The notes under the pieces are model-generated. The model was not told the DNA's origin and made no database searches. It was given only the letters and a program-made list of their open reading frames with translations. A program made the position numbers and the translations under genes. Shown in pieces: positions 26,273 to 36,100 of a DNA stretch of 49,863 bases. This stretch comes from an uncultured Candidatus Saccharibacteria bacterium (GTDB taxonomy: Bacteria > Patescibacteriota > Minisyncoccia > Phycocordibacterales > Phycocordibacteraceae). Position 1 is the stretch's first letter; every line of letters begins with the position of its first letter. The DNA lies in contig CAZMFT010000001.1 in assembly GCA_964565655.1 (NCBI GenBank), positions 3,390 to 53,252 on the forward strand. The letters run 5' to 3'.

Positions 26273-26358
26273 TGACCTTACCCTAGCGCGTGGTAGGGTA
26301 CATAACAAGTTAGGGGGGCCTAACTTCTTACTGAATTTTAGGGCGTAATTCCTTATCT

Positions 26359-27114
26359 ATGGACAAGAAAGCATCTCTCGGGCTCCTGATCGGCGCTGCC
26401 GCTGTCCTCGCGTTCTCAAGCGCGGCGATGGTCGGCGCAGCCGGTTACGGCTACGGATACGGCGGCTACGGATACGGCTTCACCATCACCTCGACGGTCG
26501 AGGGCGACGGTGCGGTCTCTCCGCTCGGCTCCGTCTTCGTTAATGCCGGCGGCAGCCAGAATTTCGTCTTTACCGACGGCTCGCAGCAGCTTGTCGAGGT
26601 CAAGGTGGACGGCGTAGATATCGGCAACCCAGCCAACTACTCCTTCACGGGCGTCGATGCAGACCACACCATCCACGCACGCTTCGCCTCTAACGGCGGC
26701 GGTGGCGGCTCGTCTGGCGGCGGCGGTGGAAACAAGAACAAGGATGACGATGGCGAGGTCTTGGGCGAGTCGACGGATGGGCCTAAGACCAATCCGGACG
26801 GCACCTGCATCCCGCTTCTCCACACCTACATGCGCCAGGGAAGCATGACCAACGATGTTCAGGAGGTTATCGATCTCCAGAACTTCCTCAACAAGGAGAT
26901 GAATGCGGGCCTTCCGGTCACCGGCTTCTTCGGTCCTCTTACCGACGCAGCGGTCCGCGCCTTCCAGATCAAGTACAAGAGCGAGGTTCTCGATCCTTGG
27001 GTCAAGTTCGGCCTCACGGATCAGTCGACGGGATACGTCTTCAAGACGACTCAGTGGAAGATCAATAACATCTACTGCGCACCGATATCGTTCCCAATGC
27101 CCCCTCTTCCATAA
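26359..27114 (+). CDS. Secreted protein: Gly/Tyr-rich stretch, InlB-B-repeat-like domain, Gly-rich linker, PG_binding_1 domain
   Basis: It has a signal peptide and GYGYGYGGYGYG. FTITSTVEGDGAVSP...ADHTIHARF matches the bacterial B-repeat pattern. The C-terminal LPVTGFFGPLTDAAVRAFQ is a PG-binding signature. Confidence 0.7.
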   Translation: MDKKASLGLLIGAAAVLAFSSAAMVGAAGYGYGYGGYGYGFTITSTVEGDGAVSPLGSVFVNAGGSQNFVFTDGSQQLVEVKVDGVDIGNPANYSFTGVDADHTIHARFASNGGGGGSSGGGGGNKNKDDDGEVLGESTDGPKTNPDGTCIPLLHTYMRQGSMTNDVQEVIDLQNFLNKEMNAGLPVTGFFGPLTDAAVRAFQIKYKSEVLDPWVKFGLTDQSTGYVFKTTQWKINNIYCAPISFPMPPLP

Positions 27115-27176
27115 CCCATAGGTTATGAAGCGAGCGGCCGCCTCCGGGCGGTCTTTCGCTTTAAGGGCTTGCTATC

Positions 27177-28244
27177 ATGGAGGCGATGCCGAAGAAGGTC
27201 CTTACGAGGAGAGTCCCGCCGCCGCGCGTCCGGAAGCGGCGGAAGAATGGCGTGACCTTGTGGCTCTACGACCATTTCGTCCCGCATGCGGGCAACAACC
27301 ACGAGCCCCATTATTTCCGCACGGGCTCTCTTATCGCGCTCGCGCTTGGCGTCCTCATGCTCCAGGGGCTCTACTTGGGGGCGACGAGGATAGTCTTCCT
27401 TCGTACTGATTTCCTCGCCTCCGTTCTTCCTGGTGTCCTGGTGTCTTTGGCGAACGAGGACAGAGCGGCAAACGGCGTAGGGGCACTTGAAGAGGACCCG
27501 GAGCTGTCCGCCGCTGCGCAGGTGAAGGCGAATGATATGGCAGCGCGCGGATATTTCTCCCATGCGACGCCTGAAGGGCAGCCGCCGTGGTACTGGTTTA
27601 AGCTCGCGGGTTATGAGTACGAGCATGCCGGTGAGAACCTCGCGGTGAATTTCACGGACTCGAAGAACGTAGAGGAAGCGTGGATGGCCTCGCCGACCCA
27701 TCGGGCGAACATCGTGAAGCCGGTCTACACCAAGGTCGGCATCGGAGTCGCAGAAGGCATTTACGAAGGTAAGCGGGCGACCTTCGTAGTCCAGTTCTTC
27801 GCGACGCCGAAGGCGGTCGCAGCACCCGCTCCGACCCGGTATGCGGAAGCGATACCCGAGCCCGCAGTGGAAGCAGAGGCAGTGCGGGTCGCGAGCGTAG
27901 AGCCCGATTCGGCAACCGAAGTCCTCGGAACAGAGGCTTCAACCGTACGCACGCCGCCCGCCAAGGAGGTGGCGAATTTCTGGCAGAAGTTCATGACCGA
28001 GCTTACGAGCCCGACGGCGCTCCTCGTCTCCGCTCTCACCGGCTTCCTCTCCCTTACCATCGTCGTGCTCCTCGTCATCATGCTCGTGCATTTCAGGATC
28101 CCGCACCCGCGCGTCATCGCGGGGAGCATGGTCCTCACTGTCCTCTTTTTGGCTGCGCTCTATATGAACGCCGCGAATCTCATCCCCGCGACCTTGCCGG
28201 AAGACCTTGGCACCGCGAACGCGATATCGGCAATAGGCAGATAG
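27177..28244 (+). CDS. CAP/SCP (YkwD-like) domain protein with N- and C-terminal TM helices
   Basis: It contains YFSHATPEG...GENLAVNF...AWMASPTHRANI. There is one TM helix before the domain and two after it. Confidence 0.8.
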   Translation: MEAMPKKVLTRRVPPPRVRKRRKNGVTLWLYDHFVPHAGNNHEPHYFRTGSLIALALGVLMLQGLYLGATRIVFLRTDFLASVLPGVLVSLANEDRAANGVGALEEDPELSAAAQVKANDMAARGYFSHATPEGQPPWYWFKLAGYEYEHAGENLAVNFTDSKNVEEAWMASPTHRANIVKPVYTKVGIGVAEGIYEGKRATFVVQFFATPKAVAAPAPTRYAEAIPEPAVEAEAVRVASVEPDSATEVLGTEASTVRTPPAKEVANFWQKFMTELTSPTALLVSALTGFLSLTIVVLLVIMLVHFRIPHPRVIAGSMVLTVLFLAALYMNAANLIPATLPEDLGTANAISAIGR

Positions 28245-28311
28245 TTTTGCATAAAGACCGATTGCGTGGCATAGTGCGGACAGATACTGGAGCATAGAAA
28301 GGAGACGATCC

Positions 28312-28854
28312 ATGAGTGCTGTCGCGTACGCTCGTTCCGGCCTTGTCGGCGGGAGCGAACCGGTCGTACCGGTCGAGGGCGCGAGTACATTCCGTATCGA
28401 TGGTTCGAACCGACCACTCGTCCTCGACGACGTCATCGCAGGTCGGAGGAATTTCGCAGGCGCAAAAACGCATATCGACAGGCGATTCCCGCATGCGTTT
28501 TCGGGCTTCATCGAGCTCGGCACGCCCGAGGGAGAGATCGAGTTCCTGCACGTCTACGGGGAGACGCGCCTCGCACATGTCGTGTGGCCGCAGGTCGTCG
28601 TCGCGGCACCCATGACCTTCGGCGCTCTAGAGCGTGTCGCCACCGCCCATCTGCGAGAAGACGCGCTCCTGCCGCGCTTCCATGGCTTCGTCGCCTTCGT
28701 GAAGAATCATCGCGACGAGCTGTGGGCGGTCACGGCGACCTGTCACTGGAGCCGGTTCGCGGTAATGCAGGAGTGCCTCTTGTCGGCCCTGCCGGCGAAT
28801 GACGGACTCTACCGTTCACCTGACTGCCTTCTCAAGTTCACGCCCCGTAAGTAG
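28312..28854 (+). CDS. Hypothetical protein (180 aa)
   Basis: It has a strong AAAGGAG RBS 7 nt upstream and a terminator downstream. No family recognised. Confidence 0.55.
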   Translation: MSAVAYARSGLVGGSEPVVPVEGASTFRIDGSNRPLVLDDVIAGRRNFAGAKTHIDRRFPHAFSGFIELGTPEGEIEFLHVYGETRLAHVVWPQVVVAAPMTFGALERVATAHLREDALLPRFHGFVAFVKNHRDELWAVTATCHWSRFAVMQECLLSALPANDGLYRSPDCLLKFTPRK

Positions 28855-28863
28855 GGGTCACCG

Positions 28864-28893
28864 AGCCCGGCGCCACGCGCCGGGCTTTCGCTT
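28864..28893 (+). terminator. Rho-independent terminator
   Basis: agcccggcgc-cac-gcgccgggct followed by ttcgctttcg. Confidence 0.6.
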
Positions 28894-28913
28894 TCGCGTT
28901 ATAATCGCGATAA

Positions 28914-30299
28914 ATGATCGAGAATCGTTCGCCCTGGATCCACCAACTCAACAGGAAACGCCCAGTCGTCGCCATCGACGCGCATCACGCGGCTGACCTC
29001 GCGATCGTAGGCGGCGGGATCGCCGGGGTCGCGACCGCGTATTTCACCCTGCGCGACACCACGGAGACCGTCGTCATGCTCGAGGCCGATAAGGTCGCGC
29101 ATGGGGCGACGGGGCATAACGCAGGACAGATCGCGAGCTATTTCGAGCGGCCGCTCACGTCGCTTGCGAAAGAATTCGGGGAGGAGGCGACCGCGGCGGC
29201 GCAGAAATCGGTGGAGAGTGCATGGCTCCTCATCGACGAGATACTCGCGGAGACGGGACTCACGACCCCGGTCTACCGGTTCACGGGGTACGCTGGTCTC
29301 TCGTGCCTCGACCACGTCATCACGCGCCTGAATGACAACCGCATACGCGCCAAAGGCGGGCTCGCGCCAGAAAGCCTCATGGTAGCCGAGGAGTGGGCGG
29401 ACCGCGCGAAGATACCCGCAGGATACGAGAACGAATATTCCGTCGTCCCGCACAAGGACATCCTCGCGCTCCTTGACGCGTCGAATCCGGACTATATCGC
29501 CGCCTCTTCGTACCAGAAGGGCTGCACCAACAGCGCACTCCTGTCGGAGGAGATCATCGCGTACCTCCTAGAGAAATATCCTGACCGCTTCACGCTGCGG
29601 GAGGGGAGTCCGGTCGCGAAGGTGAAGCTTTCGGCCGCGGACGTGACCCTGGTCGTCAAAGAACACGAGGTGAAGGTGAGCCGGGTCGTACTCGCGACAA
29701 ACGGCTTCGAGAATTTCCACATCTTCCATGAGTCAGGCCCGCAGATAGACACGAGTTTCCATCATGATGTCACCGGACGCATAGGGTACATGGCTGCCTA
29801 TGTGGAGCCCCTGTCGAATCCGCCCACCGCTATAAGCTACTTCCCGAGAGGCGCCACGATGACCGGCGACCCGACCGGGGAAAGCTATTTCTATCTCACG
29901 CGCCGTCCGCACGACGCCGAGGGTATGCCGACAGCGAACCTCGTCTGTGTCGGCGGACCCGACATGCCGCTCCCCAATCAGGCCTTATATGTGCGCGACG
30001 AGGTGTCGCAGGATCATGTGCCTGCGGTCATCGACGAGTTCATGAGGCAGAATTATCGCCTCTATCCGGCGGATAAGCCGGAGTATCCGTACTTCTGGAA
30101 CGGTCTCATGGGGTACACGCCAGGCGGCGTGAGGCGCGTCGGTCCCGAGCCGGTGAATCCGCGGCTCCTCTATAACCTCGGCTGCAACGGGGTGGGCATC
30201 CTGCCCTCAATCTGGGGAGGGAAGCGTATCTCACAGTTCCTTCAGGGCGGTGAGATAGAATCATCCATCTTCGACCCCAAGGACCAGCGTGCGCATTAA
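28914..30299 (+). CDS. FAD-dependent oxidoreductase (DAO-like family)
   Basis: It has an N-terminal dinucleotide fold (DLAIVGGGIAGVATAY). At 461 aa, its C-terminal pattern (LGCNGVGI) is typical of the DAO family. Confidence 0.8.
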   Translation: MIENRSPWIHQLNRKRPVVAIDAHHAADLAIVGGGIAGVATAYFTLRDTTETVVMLEADKVAHGATGHNAGQIASYFERPLTSLAKEFGEEATAAAQKSVESAWLLIDEILAETGLTTPVYRFTGYAGLSCLDHVITRLNDNRIRAKGGLAPESLMVAEEWADRAKIPAGYENEYSVVPHKDILALLDASNPDYIAASSYQKGCTNSALLSEEIIAYLLEKYPDRFTLREGSPVAKVKLSAADVTLVVKEHEVKVSRVVLATNGFENFHIFHESGPQIDTSFHHDVTGRIGYMAAYVEPLSNPPTAISYFPRGATMTGDPTGESYFYLTRRPHDAEGMPTANLVCVGGPDMPLPNQALYVRDEVSQDHVPAVIDEFMRQNYRLYPADKPEYPYFWNGLMGYTPGGVRRVGPEPVNPRLLYNLGCNGVGILPSIWGGKRISQFLQGGEIESSIFDPKDQRAH

Positions 30300-30316
30300 G
30301 AGCCTCATATCCCACC

Positions 30317-31531
30317 ATGCATAAGAAGCGCACGCTCCCAGTCCTCTTTTTGACCCTCATGCTCGATATGATAGGCACCGCGATGGTGGTACCTATCATC
30401 CCGATCATATTCACGGACCCGACCTCGCCGTCGTTCCTCCTATCGGGCTACCCGGAAGCGAGCTGGTTCTTCATCGCCGGCCTCATCACCGCCTTGTTCG
30501 GCCTCATGCAGTTCATCGCAGCTCCGATATTGGGCGAGCTTTCCGACCAGTACGGCCGCAAGCGCCTCCTCACCATAGGTGTCGCGGTCCTTGCCGTATC
30601 GCAGCTCCTATTCGGCTTCGGGATACAGATCGGCGCCTTGTGGCTCCTCTTGGTCGCGCGCACGGTCGCGGGGCTCGCGGGCGCGAACTTCTCTATAGCG
30701 CAGGCGGCGATCGCGGACGTGACGAAGCCCGAGGACCGCGCGAAGAATTTCGGGCTCATCGGCGCAGCGTTCGGCATAGGCTTCATCCTCGGTCCCGTGC
30801 TCTCGGGCTATATTGCGGGATTCGCCGGAGACCCGGCGGCACCGTTCTGGTTCGCGGGCGCGCTGGGAGTCGTGAACGTCGTCTTCATATCGCTCTTCCT
30901 GCCGGAAACGCACCACGCGCGAAAGGCAGCCGGTGCGTTCCATCTCGGCAAGGGAGTACAGAACATACGCGCGGCATTCCGCGATAAGGACGCGCGTCCC
31001 GTCTACCTCGCGAGCTTCCTCTATATGTCCGGGTTCGCGTTCTTCACGTCCTTCATCGGCGTCATGCTCGTGACGCGGTTCGGGTTCGATGAGGCAGCGA
31101 TAGGTACCTTCTTCGGTATCGTGGGGGTCTCGGTCGTCGTGACCCAGCTCTTCATCCTCCGCATCATCTCGCGCTTCTACAAGGAGCGGCAGATACTCCG
31201 GTACTCGATACCTCTGGTAGCCCTCACCTTGGCCGCCTACGCGTTCGTGCCATCGGCGCATTACGCGTATTTCCTCATCCCCCTCATGGCCGTACCGCAG
31301 GGACTCACGATGGCGAATATGAATGCGCTCGTGTCGAAGTCGGTGTCGCCGGACCGCCAGGGTGCCGCGCTCGGTATCAATGGCTCCTTGCTCGCCTTTG
31401 CGCAAGGCGTGATACCGCTTGCGGCCGGCCTCATCACGGGCCTCGCTTCGGTCCGCGCGCCGTTCCTCATCGGGAGCGCCTCGATGCTCTTAGCTGCGGT
31501 CGCCATCTGGCGGCGTCCGAAGGCGGCGTGA
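30317..31531 (+). CDS. MFS transporter (12-TM, TetA-like drug:H+ antiporter type)
   Basis: It has motif A ([13 protein letters not shown]) and 12 predicted TM helices. Confidence 0.85.
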   Translation: MHKKRTLPVLFLTLMLDMIGTAMVVPIIPIIFTDPTSPSFLLSGYPEASWFFIAGLITALFGLMQFIAAPILGELSDQYGRKRLLTIGVAVLAVSQLLFGFGIQIGALWLLLVARTVAGLAGANFSIAQAAIADVTKPEDRAKNFGLIGAAFGIGFILGPVLSGYIAGFAGDPAAPFWFAGALGVVNVVFISLFLPETHHARKAAGAFHLGKGVQNIRAAFRDKDARPVYLASFLYMSGFAFFTSFIGVMLVTRFGFDEAAIGTFFGIVGVSVVVTQLFILRIISRFYKERQILRYSIPLVALTLAAYAFVPSAHYAYFLIPLMAVPQGLTMANMNALVSKSVSPDRQGAALGINGSLLAFAQGVIPLAAGLITGLASVRAPFLIGSASMLLAAVAIWRRPKAA

Positions 31532-31603
31532 GTTATGCACCGCAGGTGCCTGGCGCGCGTCAGTACAGTGCTACGCTCTAGGTATTAGCCTAAACGTAAC
31601 CCA

Positions 31604-31990
31604 ATGACCACGCTCTTTCTTTGCCAGCTCTTCGGTCTCTACTTCATACTGATCGGTCTCGTCGTCCTCCTTCGCCGCGGATCGGTGCTGCCGATCATCC
31701 GCGAGATCATCGCGAACCGCGCGCTCCTCTTTGTCGTCGCGGTCATCGAGCTCGCCGCCGGCCTCGCGATAACGCTCTCGTACCCGTCTATCATGCTCTC
31801 GGTCGAGGGTCTTTTGTCCCTTATCGGCTGGATGCTCATCGTCGAAGGTATCCTCTACATGCTCATGCCGGTACGCGACGTGAAGAAGATGATCAACTCC
31901 TTCAACAAGCCGTCGTGGTACATGACGGGGGCGGTGCTTTCAGTGGTTGCGGGGTGCTATCTGGCAGCGGTCGGGTTCGCTCTGATCTAA
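31604..31990 (+). CDS. Hypothetical 4-TM membrane protein (128 aa)
   Basis: It is strongly hydrophobic throughout. A compound hairpin with a T-rich 3' arm follows. Confidence 0.55.
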   Translation: MTTLFLCQLFGLYFILIGLVVLLRRGSVLPIIREIIANRALLFVVAVIELAAGLAITLSYPSIMLSVEGLLSLIGWMLIVEGILYMLMPVRDVKKMINSFNKPSWYMTGAVLSVVAGCYLAAVGFALI

Positions 31991-32144
31991 TTCGCAGTCC
32001 TTAGAAAGAAAGCCTTCACCGTATCTGCATACGGCGGAGACTATCTTTCTTTGCGGCTGCCCGGGGCTTCCCCCGAGGCTCCATCGCTGGTTAAATAGGG
32101 AAAGAAGACCTTACTAGAAAGGGTTATTCACTTATATTTCGAAC

Positions 32145-32696
32145 ATGCATTCACAGAAAGGATTCGCCGCAGCCGCCTGGATCGCTATCGCAGCGGTCGT
32201 ACTCCTTGGCGGCGGCGCGTACGTCTACATGAACCCGGGGGTTCTCGGTACAAGCGACGCGGAAGAGGGCAGCGATATGGACGCAGATATGTCCGTCAAT
32301 TTCGAGGGTTCGCTCACGATGGAGGAGCTTCTCTCTCGCGGACAGGACGTCACCTGCACCTTCGCGTTCGAGGGTGGTGACTCTCGCACGACCGGCACCG
32401 TATTCGTCGCCGGTGGCATGCTCCGCGGCGACTACCAGACGGTCGCGAGCGGAAAGACCGTTCTGTCGCATACGATAGTACGCGACGGGTCTGCTCACTT
32501 CTGGATGGACAGTTCCGCGACCGGGTTCAAGGGCTCTGCAACCGGCGCCGTCACGACCTCGGGTTCCGCTGGAACTCCTGACCTCAACTCGAAGCTCGAT
32601 TACACCTGCGTGCCCTGGGTTAAGAACGACAGCACGTTTACGCTTCCTGCGAACGTGACCTTCACCTCGATGGGCTCGATACCGATGCCTTCTTAA
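32145..32696 (+). CDS. Hypothetical secreted/anchored protein (183 aa)
   Basis: It has an N-terminal hydrophobic helix (AAAAWIAIAAVVLLGGGAYVY). A strong terminator lies downstream. Confidence 0.55.
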   Translation: MHSQKGFAAAAWIAIAAVVLLGGGAYVYMNPGVLGTSDAEEGSDMDADMSVNFEGSLTMEELLSRGQDVTCTFAFEGGDSRTTGTVFVAGGMLRGDYQTVASGKTVLSHTIVRDGSAHFWMDSSATGFKGSATGAVTTSGSAGTPDLNSKLDYTCVPWVKNDSTFTLPANVTFTSMGSIPMPS

Positions 32697-32724
32697 TTAG
32701 GGAAGCGAGAAGGGCCACGCACCT

Positions 32725-32760
32725 AGAGAAAACGCTCCGCGATCGCGGAGCGTTTTCTCT
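32725..32760 (+). terminator. Rho-independent terminator
   Basis: 16-bp perfect stem agagaaaacgctccgc/gcggagcgttttctct. Confidence 0.75.
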
Positions 32761-32767
32761 AACACAA

Positions 32768-32809
32768 AAAGCCGTCTCCCAAGCGGCTTTTCGCTGGTGA
32801 GACGGCTTT
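32768..32809 (-). terminator. Rho-independent terminator of 32814..33077
   Basis: aaagccgtctc/gagacggcttt, an 11-bp stem. On the minus strand it is followed by tttttgtgtt. Confidence 0.65.
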
Positions 32810-32813
32810 ACGT

Positions 32814-33077
32814 CTAGTGGTTTCCGCGTGCCCAGAAGAGTTGCATGAGCAGGTCATACGTTCGCTCCGGGTCGGTCTCGATGGCCTGCGTGAGCATGGC
32901 CAGAAAGGCCTGATCGATCACATTCGTGCTATCGAGCGCGACGAAGCGGACGACCTCCTCGATACCGTACTTCGTCGTGATGGTACGGGGCGCATCCGAG
33001 CCCTCCGCCACTTCGTGGAGCTGGACGCTGTAATGGTCCGTGCGTTCATCGAAGAGGTACATGATTCCCATACTCAT
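32814..33077 (-). CDS. Hypothetical protein (87 aa)
   Basis: It is a GC3-rich ORF with a terminator downstream. No family recognised. Confidence 0.5.
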   Translation of the reverse strand: MSMGIMYLFDERTDHYSVQLHEVAEGSDAPRTITTKYGIEEVVRFVALDSTNVIDQAFLAMLTQAIETDPERTYDLLMQLFWARGNH

Positions 33078-33148
33078 GTGTCGCTCCCTGGTGTTGTGCT
33101 ACGTTAGTTTGCTGAAACCATAATAACATATTCATACAAGTATGTCAA

Positions 33149-33197
33149 CAGAACAGCCCCGCGTACGCGGGGCTGTTCTGTGCTGCCCGTAGGGCAG
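33149..33197 (-). terminator. Tandem hairpins ending the RND operon
   Basis: ctgcccgtagggcag lies immediately after the RND stop. It is followed by a 15-bp stem, cagaacagccccgcg/cgcggggctgttctg. Confidence 0.6.
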
Positions 33198-33198
33198 A

Positions 33199-36100
33199 TT
33201 AATGCGGCTCCCAGCCCTTTCCAGGCCAGCGGTGATAGAGGACCGGGATGAGGATGAGGGTGAGGACCGCGGACCACGCGAGGCCGAACATGATGGAGAA
33301 GGCCAATGGGCCCCAGAGGCTTGAGGCGAAGGAGAGCGGGATCATGCCGACCACGGTGACGACGGTGGTGAGAATGATAGGGCGGAAGCGGATAGACGCC
33401 GCCTCAACGACGACATCGGTCGTAGAGAGGTCCGGGCGCTCCTTGTGGATGTGCGCGATGGAATCCATGAGGATGATGGCATGGTTGATGATGACGCCCG
33501 CCAAGGCGATGACGCCGAGCATCGACGGGAAGGAGAGCGGTGCGCCCGTGAGCATGAGGCCCACGAGGACGCCGATCAGTGAGAGCGGGATGATGGAGAG
33601 GAGGTAGAAGGAGTAGCGGAACGAGTTGAACTCGAGGACGAGTATCGCGAGCATGAGGGCTGCGCCCGCAAGAAGCGCGATACCCATCTCCGCGAAGGAC
33701 TGGTTGACGTCCTCGCTCTCACCGCCGGTTGAAAGGGTCACGCCCTCGGGAAGCGCGACCTCTTCCATCCGGGAGAGGAATTCGCTCGTCGCCTCGATAG
33801 CGGTGGTCTCGGCGGATACGTCTGCCGAGAGGGAGGCGATACGGTTGCCGTCCTCGTGGCGGATGACGCTTTCCGCAGGCTCGTAGGTGACGGTCGCAAT
33901 CGCCGCGAGCGGGATAGGGCCCTTGGTACCGTTTATGGAAAGCTCCTTCACGGCCTCGATGGTCGCGCGGGTCGTCTCCGAGGGGTCCGCGTAATCCGGG
34001 TTGAGGTCGAGCATGGTGCGCACCTCTATCTCGTCGGAGCCGGTCCGGACATCAAGCGCCTTCGAGCCGAAGAGTGCCGTACGAAGAGTGTCAGCTGCGA
34101 CAAGCGGAGAGACGCCACGCTCGACCGCTTTCGCCGGGTCGATGCGCACGACGAATTCCGTGCCGTCGTCCTTGGTCGAGGTCTGTATGTTCACCACGCC
34201 TGGCATCTCGGAGAGGACCAGAGCGCCCTGATTGACGGCTTCTGAAAGCTTTCCGAGGTCATCGCCCGAGAACGTCGCTGCGATGGCGGTGCCGGTAGGA
34301 GGGCCTCCTGCGGGCTCGGTGACCGTGACGCGCGCGGACTCGATGGCGCTCATACGGGCACGAAGGGAAGCGACGACCTCCGCGCTCGTGACGTCCCGAT
34401 CTTCCTCGAGGTTCACGGTGATATTCGCGCGCTTGCTTCCCTGGCCTGGCGAAGCGCCGAACGCGGAGCCGGCACCCACTTCAGATACGAACGATGCGAT
34501 GTGCTCGTCGCCGTAGAGGAGTTCCTCCGCTTCGCGCACGGAGAGATCGGTCTCCGTAAGCGTCGTCCCTTGCGGCTTCTCGATCTCGACATAGATGAAA
34601 TCCATGTCTTCAGGCGGGAAGAAGACCGACTTCACGGCGCCTATCCCTGGAAGGAAGAGCGCAAGGACGAAGAGTCCTAGCATGCCAAGGAGGAACCGAT
34701 TCTCCTTCCTGCGGTCACCGAGGATGCCGCGGAGGAATCCGGCATACCAGTGCTTCGCGCGCTCGTTCCACTCTTCCTGGCGGCGCTCCATCGAGGAGAG
34801 TTCCGAACGGATCATCGCGATGGCGATAAGCGGCACGAGGCCGAGTGCGACGAAGATAGACGCGAGAAGCACGAAGATGACGGTGAAGGGGATGGAGGCG
34901 ATGAACTTGCCGACGATGCCCGAGAGGAAGAAGAGCGGTATGAAGACGGCTATGGTCGTGAAGGTGCCGGCGACCAAAGGCCATGCGTACTCGCGTATCG
35001 CCTCGACCGCAGCGCGCCGCTTGTCCCCGTAGCGGACCAGGCGCGTATGTATCGCCTCGACGACCACGATACCCGAGTCGACCAAGATGCCGATGGCCAG
35101 GATGAGGGAGAAGAGGGATACGAAGTTTATGGTGTTTCCGGACGCCCACATGCCGATGAAAGCGATGAGGAAGGACAGAGGGATGGACACTGCGGCTGCG
35201 AGCGACTCGCGCCAGCCGAGCGTAAGGAAGAGCATGATGAGGACCAGGGCGACGGTCTCGAGTCCAGCGCGCGTAAGCTCATGGAGGTCTTTGGAGATAT
35301 CCTTGGCGGCGTCGTAGGAGATGACGGTCTCGGTACCGGCCAGGGTCGTCGCCTGAAGTTCCTCGAGTTTCTCGCGCACGTCGGTGCCGGTCGCAAGAAT
35401 GTTGCCGCCGCGGCTCTTGAATACGGAAAGGGTGAGTGCGGGAGCCGATGGCGCGCCGTCTACCGAGACGCGCGAGAAGGTCGCCGGCGCCGAAAGGCCA
35501 TCGACGACGTCAGCGACGTCGCGCACGTAGATAGGCGCGCCGCCCGGACCCGAGAGCGCGATATCACCGATGCGCTCCGGGTCGGTCGCCGCAGACTCAA
35601 GGCGTATCGCGTACTCGACGCCGGAGACCTTGATGGAACCGAGCGGAGAGGCGACGCCGGATGCGCGAATGGCGGAGGTGACATCCGCGGCCGAGAGGCC
35701 GTACTGACGGAGGCGATCCTGGCGTACGATGACCGAGACCTCGCGCTCGCGGACGCCCGAGAGGGAGACGGAGGAGACGCCGCCGACGCGTTCGAGCTCG
35801 TCGCGCACGGATTCGCCGAGAAGCGTAAGCTCGCCTTGCGCAAGATCGCCCGCGATAGAGATGATGAGGATGGGCTGGTCCGCGAAATTCACGTCCGACA
35901 CCATCGGGTCCTCGGCTTCTGCCGGAAGGTCCTGCACCTTGTCTACCTCATCCTTAAGGAGCTGTATGGACTTGTCGATATCGGCGGAGGCGACGAACTC
36001 GACCTGTATGGAAGAAACGCCGGAGCCGGAGGACGACGTAACTTTCGATACGCCCTCGAGTCCCAAGACGCGATCCTCTATCTTGTCGGTGACGAGGCGC

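Noticed and set aside
26440-26475. Short tandem DNA repeats (ggctacggatacggc units), also the GGC/GGT run at 26695-26730 and the RG-coding repeats at 44280-44430
   Set aside because: These are in-frame low-complexity coding repeats (GY, G and RG tracts) within supported CDSs. They are not CRISPR or non-coding satellite repeats.
31991-32144. Possible riboswitch in the 154-nt gap before 32145
   Set aside because: The first half is adequately explained as a compound terminator hairpin for 31604..31990 (aaagaaag/ctttcttt outer stem, ccgtat/atacgg inner stem). The remainder is AT-rich and promoter-like, with no recognisable aptamer.
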